A stretch of 36,310 nucleotides of DNA from Polymyxa betae A26-41 (Eukaryota; Protista; Endomyxa: Phytomyxea), in contig RBZT01000830.1 of NCBI GenBank assembly GCA_003693705.1, forward strand, positions 1 to 36,310, in the 5' to 3' direction. The translations under genes and the position numbers were made by a program. Under the pieces are notes generated by a model. It searched no databases and had not been told where the DNA came from. It saw only the letters and a list, made by a program, of their open reading frames with translations. Below, piece after piece: positions 12,001 through 22,700 of this stretch; position 1 is the stretch's first letter; each line of letters starts with the position of its first letter.

Positions 12001-12097
12001 ATTGGCGCTGGGTGAGGACCAGGAGACGCTTGGACCAGCGCTTCATGGGACCTCTCCCGGTCCGGACCGAGATCAGACCATCCCGGGTTGTCGCCAT
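9047..12097 (-). CDS. Multi-exon protein with an N-terminal PH domain and a long helical (BEACH-protein-like alpha-solenoid) region
   Basis: PH signature DGLISVR..MKRWSKRLLVLTQRQLIVY...LRFLSGSVQSCKEWVEAI in ORF 11471..12097. Downstream exons join through short GT-AG introns (e.g. 10620-10562). The probable stop is TAA at 9049-9047. Not every junction was resolved. Confidence 0.75.
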
Positions 12098-12177
12098 TAG
12101 ATGGGCATCATTTATGATCTTCGAATCCGTACCTTGATTTCATTAGATGAGATCAGCAGAACTGAACCGACAATCAT

Positions 12178-12224
12178 GATGACGAAGTTTCATATGATAA
12201 TATGACGAAGTTTCATATGATAAT
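12178..12224. repeat. Direct tandem repeat of atgacgaagtttcatatgataat (2 copies)
   Basis: Seen directly in the intergenic region between the divergent PH gene and the chitin deacetylase. Confidence 0.8.
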
Positions 12225-12483
12225 AAAGTGACTTATGTGGCGAATGTCTCTAAGACAGACAGACTATGGGCGGCGGTGGGCGGGTGTCGAGAGTACAATC
12301 GTCCTGCTCGAGGAGAGGAGCGTGGTTCTATCTGCAGTCGATCTCAGGCAGGCGAACCTGTCTGCCGGCGAGACAGGCCATCTGATGTTCTGTCCGTGAG
12401 CGAGCTGAACCCTCACGAAGTTCCAATGAGAATGTCCACTACTCCATATCATGTCTACAGCCAAGCACTGATCGATTACTGCA

Positions 12484-12559
12484 ATTGTAATGTTACCTTC
12501 TAAATCTCGAACGGAATTGTAATGTTACCAGAATCTCGAGCTGGAACTGTAATGTTACC
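12484..12559. repeat. Three spaced copies of aa(t/c)tgtaatgttacc upstream of the chitin deacetylase
   Basis: Copies near 12484, 12515 and 12545 with a ~30-bp period and linkers containing atctcga. Confidence 0.75.
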
Positions 12560-12668
12560 ATGCTTTCGGGAACGCGTGAACCTCGAGATCGTTCCAGAAC
12601 GACCAAGAGACAGGCCATTGGAAACGCTTTAGTCAAGCGGTGCCCATTCCTATTGTTCATCTCGTAGC

Positions 12669-13790
12669 ATGAAGTTGATCATCGTCGCCGTTCTGTTACC
12701 TGTTTTGTTACAAGCCGCCTCACTATGTAACGGACCGGCACGACTTGATGGACAATGTGGACCGAATGTCGGCGGAGCATCGTGCGCTGACAAGCAGGCT
12801 TGCTGCAGTCGATTCGGATTCTGCGGTATTGGTCCCCAATGGTGCAATGCGAATTCGTTCTGCCTGCCATCTTCTACGGTACCAAGCAGTAGCAGCAGCA
12901 GCAGCAAGTCGAGTCAATCGGCACCAACCAGTAGCGCCATTCGAGTAAAGCTGCCGACGCCGCCAGTCTCGACCGCTGAACCAGTTTCGGTTCGTGTTTT
13001 GACAGATTGCGGTCAAGGAAAGCGCGTCGTAGCGTTGACGTTCGACGATGGCCCTCAACCGGGCGCCAATCCGAATCTGCTGGCAGAGTTGAAAGCCAAC
13101 AAAATCAAGGCAACGTTTTTCTCATCACCCCAAGCAAACGGGCCCGAGCAACTACCGGATCGCTGTGCAATCGTGAAGGATATTTTAGCTGATGGCCATC
13201 AGTTAGAGCAACACAGCATGACGCATCCTCATTTCCCAGATTTGACACCGGCCCAAGTCGCCGACGAAATCAATAGGTCGACACGATTTCTGAAAAACTG
13301 TGGAGGCAACCCGAAAATGTTTCGGCCGCCATTTGGTGAACTGACAGGATCCCAGGCTACGACAATTCTTTCGCAATTCGGTAAGATGTCAGATGCGCGT
13401 TCCATCACATCTGATTTTGGTAGGACTTCCAATTGTGATGTGGAACGTTGATCCGCGCGATTATGAAGGTGCCGGTGTTGATGTCAACTTCCAGAGAGTC
13501 GTGGCAGAATTCGAGACCATGGTTGGAGTCGGCAACTCGGCCGTTATTCTATTGCATGAGCTTGATGAAGGCACAACTTCAGGTGGAATACTTTGCATCA
13601 CAATTACCACTTGCCTTGATGCAGAAAACTCACAGGACTTGTGACCAAACTTGCAGCATATTTTCGACAGTTGGACTATCAATTTGTTACAGTGGACCAA
13701 TGCTTGAAAAGTTGCCAGGGGCCGGTATGCAGAAGCAACTCCGACGTCTTTGAGGTCATTCTTGACGCCGCTACTTCTCTGCTTCTGTGA
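12669..13790 (+). CDS. Secreted chitin deacetylase: signal peptide, CBM18 (hevein-like) chitin-binding domain, Ser-rich linker, CE4/NodB polysaccharide deacetylase
   Basis: CBM18 pattern GQCGP..GGASC...ACCSRFGFCGIGPQWC. CE4 motifs TFDDGP, HSMTH, RPPF, DPRDY and LLH. Exons 12669-13380, 13424-13582 and 13636-13790 are in frame, with 43- and 53-nt GT-AG introns. Confidence 0.95.
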
Positions 13791-13911
13791 ACTCGACAAA
13801 AAATGGCGTTGTGCTTTGAACATTTCGTTAATGCTTATAAAACAGTTGGCTTTGGATTCGTCTAATCAAGGTATTCTATAATAAATAGGTGTTTAGTGCG
13901 TTTCAGAGGCG

Positions 13912-16900
13912 TCAATCGCGATTATGGTGGGAACCATGCGAAGGTTCATGCTTGGCCAACGGATGCTGACATCGCGCACAACGGCTCGAATCGAAGACGT
14001 TGCTCACGAACGTCGTGCATGAGCATAATCGACAGGATGGCCTCATAGAGCTCGAAGAAGACGGTGGATTACAAGCTGCGAAACCCGATTAGCCAAGTCA
14101 TTGGTGAGCGACAGCAAAATTACCTAGAGTGACGTATTCAGCAGGAAACCAGCCGAATTCACCAGCCGAATTGTAACCCGACCACCATTCTATTGATCTG
14201 GCGTCAACGACCTCCACTGAATTCGATCAACGACTTGATTATTTGATTAAATAACGGATCTACCCGGATGGCCGACAAAAAGCGACAGGAGGTTCCTTGG
14301 AATGGAGGCTCGCGACCTATTCGATTTGCTTGCACCGCCATTTAGCCGATCGCTTTGTTCAAAATTGATGTCACGCCCACCGAAAATCTGATAGCCTGAC
14401 CTCTGAATCGTCACAACACTTTCTTGGGGATCGTCGCTTCTGACTATCTGGTAGGCTCCCACATCGAAAGCGGTATTTGCAACACCAGGGCAGCCATAGT
14501 GACCAGGCGTGACATGTCCCAGCTCAATCATATCAGTTAGAGAGGATTGACCTTGGGACGATCTGAGCAAAAAAAACTAAAACCATCGTAACCTGACCTC
14601 TTTTTTGTGTCCTGACATTGACACCTAAACAAATTTCTCCATTCTGGAAGTCTTCGACAGCAATCAAATCGCCAATCTCAAAGTCTAGGCCAGGTCCGCT
14701 ATTGATTGTACGCGGCATTATGGCTCTGAGATATAGAGCACAGTCGGAATTGAACCTATAGAAAATATATGAATATCTACATGCTTCAAAAATCAAAATC
14801 CAATACGCGTTGAAGACTCCCGGGCGACGAGACGATGTCATCCGGGAGATAGAAAAGCGGCGAAAAGAGCGACTTGCTTCAGCCATGAAATTTCGACCAA
14901 CTGACTCGTAAATAGAATTCCTCCTCGTTCGCGATACAGACCCAGCAGCCGATTGAGATCGGGGCCGGAAATCTTCAGGAAGAGAACGATATGAGTGGGC
15001 TGCCGACATTCGTCTTACGGTGGCGATTGCCTCATCCGCCAACGCCTGCAATGCAGGGTCTCCGGCATATGAATTTCGCCCTTCTCGAAAGGAGGACGAA
15101 CTGCTGAAATCGTCATCGCCACCTGCTCCTGAGTGAATTGCCGATGACGTCGCCCGTGAAGGAGTGCATGAGGATGTCGATGATGAGAAGCACCGGAATT
15201 GAGAAACACACACGCGACATCTGAAACAAGGTCACAGCTTATCCAGACCAATTAAAACAAACATACATGCGGTCTAAACTGCCGGCATGGGAATTTAATG
15301 TTCGATTTCTAGAACAATTACCGCATACAAGGGCACCACATCTGAGAGCAGCCGTTATATAGTGGAAACAGAAAGAACAAAAGTCGCTTTATACCTGCGG
15401 CAGTGGTGTCGCCTGCGAAAAAGAACGTTAAACTGATTCGAACAGACTGAGCAGACATTTGAATGATCGTTCGGCTGCCAAATCGGTGCAGCATCAGCAG
15501 TTGTGGACGTCACGATGTGACTAAAACAACGAGTGATCAACGATGCCGATGTTGCGTGGATTTTTGACTAACGTATTCATGCGACGCCGATACTCGTCAA
15601 CGACTTCAATCATTCGCAGCATCCAATCGACTTTGTTCTCTTGAGTTGGAGCCAGCACCATGAAACTCTTGACGCTTGATCGGATTTCGAACGGGAATTT
15701 GTGCGAGGTAGAAGGCGAGTCAAAAACCTGAAGTTATAAGTTCAGGAAATGGTCATTTGAAACAAAATGTATCAAGGCAGGCTTTCCTCGAAAGAAGAAT
15801 CAATTAAAATCTGCCGATTGAGTTTGAGCCCGTGAAGTGTTCCCGGTGCATTTCTCGCATAGATCAGCATATCGTTAAATAGAAAAAACTCTCGCGACTT
15901 TTTGGTTGAGCGACATACTTTAACAAGAGTACCCGAGCGAATCAGTCGCCTGACATTCATTTGGATTAACAATCAAAACACAAGCCTGGCGTTACCTGTG
16001 TGGTGCCAGGAGCGTTATCTCTCCGACAAATCTGTTCTGTATTTCAAGCATTTTGAAACAATTTTCCTTGTTGCGAACTGCCTCGTTAATTTGCCCTGCA
16101 ACTGAAGCAGCTTGTTTGGATGCGTCTATAGAGCGAAAATTCAGTTCAAATTTCCAACGATTCATACTCAGTGATAAATTGGTAGTATACTTTGCAAATT
16201 TTGAAAATCTGGATGATCAGGAGGTGTCCTTTTTGAGAGCTGCTGGAACAGCAATTGATATCTGGAAATAGGACGTCATAAAAGCACACAGCCACCAACA
16301 AATAAAGTTACCTGGGCAGCCTTTGAACGGGTAATATTAGGAAGCTCTCCAGAGAGCTGGTTCTCCATTCTCCCGTTGATATTCCACTTATCAGTTTCGA
16401 TAAGGTATAACCTTTTTGCCTTAAATCATGCAAGACGCGAGTACCATCTTGGTGCTGAGTCGCATAAGAAGAATACATTCGCAGGAATGGAGCTAAGCTT
16501 CTTGATTAAACTTTGCGATTCGTTATGGGTAATTGCTTATATACCGAACGCAAGAAAAACATCGCCGATTTTCGCTTCATCGTTCCAGGATTGCATACGA
16601 ATTGAAAATTCGTCAAGAAAACGACGATTGAGACCAGTAATGACATGTATGATTCGAATCAGATCGGCGAGAGCAGGAGAGATTTCCTTCAAACGATCTT
16701 CCACCACAGGTCCGAATGTTCGTACCAGCATTTCAAGAGATTCGACATATCTATGTTCCGCGTTTACAACCCGAAATGATTGTTTTTCAAGGTGTTTACT
16801 TTCGTTCGCTCTCCAGCAGTTCCTGGGCTAGGCGGGAACGAATCCAGTCATTACTCTCATGAATTTCATCAGGAGAGGAGTCCAACTCTCCGCCCTCATC

Positions 16901-17002
16901 TTCCTCACTGTCGTTGTCACAAAATAACTGGATGAGCTGGCGTCGAGACGATTCACGAGTCTCGTCGCTGGGAGGGCGCAAAGGCGATGTTTCGCGCTGC
17001 AT
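13912..17002 (-). CDS. FGD-like RhoGEF with DH, PH, FYVE, two SH3(-like) domains and a C-terminal Cys/His motif
   Basis: DH: ELLESERKYVESL, IGDVFLAFAPFLRMYSSY, LESFLILPVQRLPRYQLLFQQL. PH: RLIRSGTLVKVCR..REFFLFNDMLIYA. FYVE: WQPND..C..C..F..FRRRHHCRRCG.LVC..CS. SH3: LSLFVGHPVEVVD..EWWSG..GWFPAEYV. Stop at 13914-13912. The start is uncertain (17002 or 17142). Confidence 0.9.
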
Positions 17003-17345
17003 TTAAGACTGGAAACTGCGCAAGACAGAAACAAAAGACATGTATGGGGCACCGCTTCGTTATTGTCAGCCCTCACTGCAAAATCATAGACTTGCAGTCG
17101 CTCCAAACATAATTCACTATAGGCACAGCAGATCACGCTCATTCAGGGTTAATCGGAACTTGAATATCCCAAGTTCAATTGTTAGCAAATTCGACTAAAT
17201 AGGAGAGGTTATTAGTGGTTTTGTGGAAGCTTTAGAAATTGGAAAGGAATAAATATATAGATTCAATACATCTTCTGGATAAGATTCTCGTCCAGGAGGC
17301 CATAGGTATGGTATATGTTAGAGATTGACAATAATCGCTGAACAA

Positions 17346-17854
17346 TTATGTAGTGAAGCTTTCACCACATCCACATAAGGCTTTGGCATTAGGATTCTGG
17401 AAGACAAATTCGGCACGAAGGTCATCCTCGACCCAGTCCATCGTTGTACCGATCAGAAACATCAGCGCCTTGCCATCGACTAGGATTTTGACGTCTAAAA
17501 TCTGGTAAGCATCCCTCGGACGGAAAACGAAAAATCACACACCCTTCTTCTGAATCACTTCATCGGTTGGAGACACTTGAGTGGCATAGTTCATTGTATA
17601 GGCTTGGCCGTTACAGCCACGACGAATTACTCCTATCCTGATACCCACTCTATCGAATTTAAGTTAGGATGCCAAACCAGCACAAATTGAGCTTACATGT
17701 TCTCGTCACCGGAGCGTTTCCTGGTTAAAAGTGACTGGATATGCTTGGCAGCACGGTCTGTAACAATGAGAGGGTCAGGTCGAGGACGTCTAGAGGCAGC
17801 TGAGATCTGCCTGATGCCTTGCCTGAGATACCTCGAAGCGACACATGACAACAT
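17346..17854 (-). CDS. ISA1: Mitochondrial A-type iron-sulfur cluster assembly protein (IscA1/Isa1, HesB family)
   Basis: The three-exon model reads MLSCVASRYLRQGIRQISAASRRPRPDPLIVTDRAA...IRIGVIRRGCNGQAYTMNY...DGKALMFLIGTTMDWVEDDLRAEFVFQNPNAKALCGCGESFTT. The RGCNG and CGCGESF motifs are diagnostic, and there is an Arg-rich presequence. Confidence 0.95.
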
Positions 17855-18049
17855 CAAGAGAAAGTTATGGCCACACCGGATACAGCTTTGTCAACAAGTT
17901 TAGGATGAAAGTAGAAAATATTAAAAAAGTGCGTACAGATATGTTGAACTTTTTTGTACTGTACACAGTAGATCTGATTGCTGTCTCTGAAAAAATGCGC
18001 TGTGCGATTTGTGATTCTGGCAAAACACTTTTCAAATTCTGTCAGACTC

Positions 18050-18877
18050 ATGTTGAAAGTCTGGCAGCGCTCCAGGGCGCAGCAGGGTTTTCTTCGTGTG
18101 ACTCCTCTCAGCATTCAGAAACCGGTTATCGCCCCTAAATATTTATCTGTGCAAAATGCCAATTCGAGGGCATGGACTTTTGGTTGCCCGCTGGTCAAGT
18201 ACTCAAATCAGTTTGTATTTGGATCCCGGTCGTTCTCAAGCCAACCTTCGCTGGATGATTGGCTCAAGAAATCACTCGGGTTCATCAACAACAGTGGTCG
18301 ATCTGCAAACCCATCGGGGCTAGCAGAATTTGCTCGCCGGCTACTCGCTGGAAACAAAAGCAGCAGGTTCTATGTCACAGGTCTAGGCGTCTCATTATTG
18401 GGACTTTTTCTGTACGAGCTTGGTATCGTTCCATTCCTTTTCATGTTCTTGGGGTTTTATGGTTTTCGACAAGTTCGGCGTGCGTTAAATGGCTCTCATG
18501 AATTATTTGGTGACATGGCGCGATTCGGATCCCCAGATGTTATGTCTGTTTATAATATTATACGATCAAATCTTGATTCCAATCCTAAGCTCGCTGCTTA
18601 TATCGGCGACATCGTTAACATGTCGTTTCCAACCCGAGTTATTTCAACTTCGACTGGCCACATAAGCGCCGTCGAAATGGAGTTTCAAGTTCAGGGAACA
18701 AGATCATCGGGTATAATTGTCTCCGTCGTAGGTGTGGAAGCCGAGGACAGGTTGATATTAAAAAAGCTTCAACTTCGGACCATCCATGGCGATTTTGTAG
18801 ATCTTCTTGAAAAAGGACAGCGATCCTCTTCATCCAGGTTTATAGATGTGGAAGGGTATGAAATAAAGAAGCCATAA
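18050..18877 (+). CDS. Probable mitochondrial inner-membrane protein, Coa1/Tim21-like C-terminal domain
   Basis: Intronless ORF with first ATG at 18050. It has a basic presequence-like N-terminus, a hydrophobic segment (GLGVSLLGLFLYELGIVPFLFMFLGFYGF), then NPKLAAYIGD...VEMEFQVQGTRSSGIIV, resembling the Tim21/Coa1 fold. Family call is by eye. Confidence 0.65.
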   Translation: MLKVWQRSRAQQGFLRVTPLSIQKPVIAPKYLSVQNANSRAWTFGCPLVKYSNQFVFGSRSFSSQPSLDDWLKKSLGFINNSGRSANPSGLAEFARRLLAGNKSSRFYVTGLGVSLLGLFLYELGIVPFLFMFLGFYGFRQVRRALNGSHELFGDMARFGSPDVMSVYNIIRSNLDSNPKLAAYIGDIVNMSFPTRVISTSTGHISAVEMEFQVQGTRSSGIIVSVVGVEAEDRLILKKLQLRTIHGDFVDLLEKGQRSSSSRFIDVEGYEIKKP

Positions 18878-18917
18878 CAGTCAATCCTTTCACCAACCTG
18901 AACAAAAAGAAAAGCTA

Positions 18918-18990
18918 AGCCCATGCAGGGATTCGAACCCTGGCTTCGGGATTCAAAGTCCCACTTCATGAACCACTAGAACACACGGGC
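18918..18990 (-). tRNA. trnQ-UUG: tRNA-Gln (anticodon UUG)
   Basis: The reverse complement folds as a cloverleaf: acceptor GCCCGTG/CATGGGC, D-loop TAGTGG, anticodon arm TGGGA-CTTTGAA-TCCCG, T arm CAGGG-TTCGAAT-CCCTG. It is followed by a TTTTCTTTTT Pol III terminator. Confidence 0.95.
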
Positions 18991-19775
18991 AATGCTGTTG
19001 ACTGGCAGTGCGCCGGAATACTGCACTCAAATGATAATAGAATTTCGCACTATCTGCGATGGCTTGCATGAGCTATTGTTTGTGAAGCCCTGTGTTCCCG
19101 AACCGTTTATTTGAGGGCAAAATACTTCCAGCTCTGAAAATGGAAGTAAGAGGTCCTGAGGATTACAAAGGTGATATGCCAAAGTGCCTCAGGCCTTGTG
19201 CTATGGATACAGCACCGCCGGTGATGCCAACAAACTAGTCGAATCGAATCCAATTCAATCCAACCGTTTACTTTCCTGCACTTGTTACGTAATGGGATTT
19301 TGTTTTCGATTTTCACACCGGCGGCATAATTGATCTTGGTACAGGCTGAACATATATTCAGTACGTTTGACACATCTATCCAGTTTCTTTACATTTGCCA
19401 CATTATCAATAAATGCTAGGCCTATTTAGTTGACTACATTCTTATGTAGTATACGCTTCTTATGTAGTATACGCTTTACGAAGCTACAAACTCTCTATAA
19501 TCCGAAATGTATGAAAAGAAAGTAACTTAGAGGCTGGCTTCAGTCTCTCTGCGAAGCGAGAAGATGGTGACGGGAGGTTGTCCATTGGACATGCTGCAAT
19601 GGATACAGCATGATACATGAGCCAGGCTGCAAAGCCAATTGTTCCAGAAGCGTTATTCCAGAACTAGGGTCAGGAAGATTCGCCGACTTGAAACTAGTGG
19701 ATTAGATATTTCCAAAAGAGTATAATGATCGATCGTTTAATGATGATCCACATGCTATCCTCATGAATGAATTGA

Positions 19776-22700
19776 ATGTCGTCGTTGGCAACTCGTGACA
19801 TTATTTGTCGCGCTCATAAGCTATCTCCAACCAGCACCTTATTAGCAGCGCTCGAAAACGATACTGTTGGAATCAATGAATCTGAAGCGGTTTTAAAAAT
19901 CATTTTGGCCACGTTTTCGGATTGCTTACGATCTGACGAGAGGCCGACAATTCAGTGCCAATGTGAGCCCCAATCACGATGGCGTCAAAACACCTCAGAA
20001 CCATCGCCATGCCTGATTTTGGCACAACGGTCGTTAGCTGCTTCCGGCCTAATGCAATATCTGCTCACCGGTATAAAATCGGAACGGTACGATATGCTAT
20101 GCGGCTGGATGATTCGCTTGGCGTATGCATTAGATGTCGCCCAGACATGCGCTAATCGCTGCCCAGCGGCGTCGGCGATCTCCATATCGAATACCATTCC
20201 GACCTGGAACAATTTCTATGAGGTTGTCGCTTGCATTTTTTGGATTCACTACATTTAAATGTTTTAGGCATTGCTTTCACGGGACCAAATCAGTGATAAC
20301 GTTATGGCTGTTTTTTTCGAGCTTCTTGTAAACCGGATTGCGGCGACCGAATTTCAGCGCGTTCAAGGCTGTCAAGCACGATTCGTTCGTGCCCCCTGGG
20401 CTATACCGCTTGTAAGCGTTTCCACGAAAACTGACAACGGATCATTAACAGAAGAATGCTGTAGGTCATTCGCCTGTTGCAGAAAGCTAATGTCCCTGCC
20501 TGGCGTCTTGCAATGAATAACTTTGCGTATCTCTTTGAAAACGAGCCCAGCAATGTCGATGCATTCGCCAGTATGAAAAACTGGCAAGAATCGATACTTC
20601 GACTTTTTCGTCTCCCGGAAGTAATTCCGAAATCAATGATGCCATCTCAGCGTTGAAGCGTTTGCTTATAGGTTGGTGTACTGTCCTGCCGTAAAAGCGA
20701 TAATTTTCTAGACATAATCGGAAACGATAGCACAATTTTCAATTTTAAGATGCTGGTTAATATATTCTCCATGATCGTGATGCGCCATCTGTGGAATAAG
20801 CGAGATGGAACGCGCTCTCTGTTCAGGCAGATTACAGAAAACGTCGAGAAAGGTTGCTATCTTTGTCCATTATGTGATTTTTTTACCAGCTTCCTGCTTA
20901 GAATTTGGCTATGGCGACATCGAATCGGCCGCTATCACTCGTGTCATTTTCTATGTTCTCTGCAACAGATTTCGCCATTTTTCCATGCATCAGATACAAA
21001 GGAACCCGGTTGCGCTCCCCAATGCAATCAAACTCATTGAAGCCGTGGAGCAATTCGTTTTTTACCAGTAAGGACAGGTTTTCCATGCTGAAAGCGTTTC
21101 AACTGAAATTATTCCAGCGGCGGTCTATCGAGATACTGCATGGACTACAGGGACATCATGCTTCATATCGCGTTAGATGGTAAAGCGAATGCTGACAAAG
21201 AGCTGGTAATTGGTCCAGATCGATCCACTTGAGACTGATTTCGAAATAGCTGAACGCAGCTGTGCAACTCTGCGAGTTCGTCTATAAGAATGCTGTTTCG
21301 AAAGATGCTCCGGTATCATCGCTGTCATCAGAAACCAAATCTATGATGGTGATTATAACCCAATATTTGGCTTTGCTCAGCGATGCTGCATGTCTGTTTT
21401 CGGCGCCCTCGTCTTCGAATTCGCTTCTAGAAAGTGTCTATTTGCTGAAAAAATCCTACCTTCAGTCAGGAGTCGGTCAAAAATATAAGAAAGCGACATC
21501 GCCGATTTCAACCGAAGACATCGAATTGATGAAGGCCTTGAGATATCAAGTTGCTGAAGAAATGGAGGAAAAACAACGTGCTGAAAGCAACATCGAGATG
21601 CGAACTGCACCGGTTCGGAGAGTGTCGGTTATCAATGTCAGAAAGTCAAATGTTTATTTCTCAAGAATTTGATCTTGGAATCAGCATCGGAGGTCGACCG
21701 AAATCAACACACCGACGGTCAGCGTTCGCTCTGGCGCTCGAAGAATGGTCTTCCTCGTTGAAAGCTTCGGCTCTCCAGAAGCAGCCATGAGTGCAGCTGA
21801 ACGTTATTCAGGCCGCATTAGGCATATTTTCAGAGTCGAAAAAGACTATATCAGATCGAAGAAAGGTTGCTATTTGAAGCGACTTTGAGTCTGACAACAT
21901 GCTTAAAACGATTTTAGGGGAGGCTGATAATATGCTGCCTGTATCAGCCGGCAATCTGGTTTGTATACTCTCCATTGATACGAGCTCTAAGCTTCTCTTG
22001 GGGTCATTTTGCAACAAGATCGGCTTCATACATAAGTAGGCGTTTCACTTTTTTCCTTGATTTTTATAACATGCCATTTAAAGATCATATCTGCACCCTA
22101 CTCCTGTCGGTTTTGAAATTGATGCTTCAGTGGGCAAGCATCTACCAATCAGTCTGTCATCGCCTTCACCAAACACGTTGTTGACCAATGCAGAATCGAT
22201 TATCAGTCCAATGAGGGTATCACTACTTTTGGGCCCCATTGAGCGTTTAGAGCTAACAAATTGCAGATCGACGAAGCAGCTAAGCGCCCTTCGATTCTGA
22301 TGCAGTCGCAAGAGGAACCTGCCTCGAACCAGCATGTGTCGCTTATAGTGCCGTCTCTGATGATGCAGAGTAGGGAAAGCGTCTTACCCTCATTAGAGAT
22401 TACAGTGAGCTTGTCATCGGTTATCCACTCCGGATGCTAAATCTGGATAAAGTCGATTCCGGAACGAGATGTTATGGCGCCAGATTCGCTCATCAAGAAA
22501 AAAATATCGCTGGGAAAACCTCGTCATGATTCAACAGATAGCGTTTATAAGTTGATGGTCCGTTGTGCCCTGCACTCGACGTTTCCTTATTCACTCATTT
22601 GAAGGATTTCAATGTCGATGCACTGCATCTTAACCACATCAGATCGGGTAGCTGCAGATCACTGGACCTGTCAATGGAACTGATTGCGGAAATGAACTCG

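Noticed and set aside
10109-12001. Plus-strand ORFs overlapping the PH gene (and similar antisense ORFs elsewhere)
   Set aside because: These are shadow ORFs opposite real GC-rich exons, with no recognisable motifs.
19441-19476. 18-bp tandem duplication cttatgtagtatacgctt
   Set aside because: Ordinary slippage duplication with no evidence of function.
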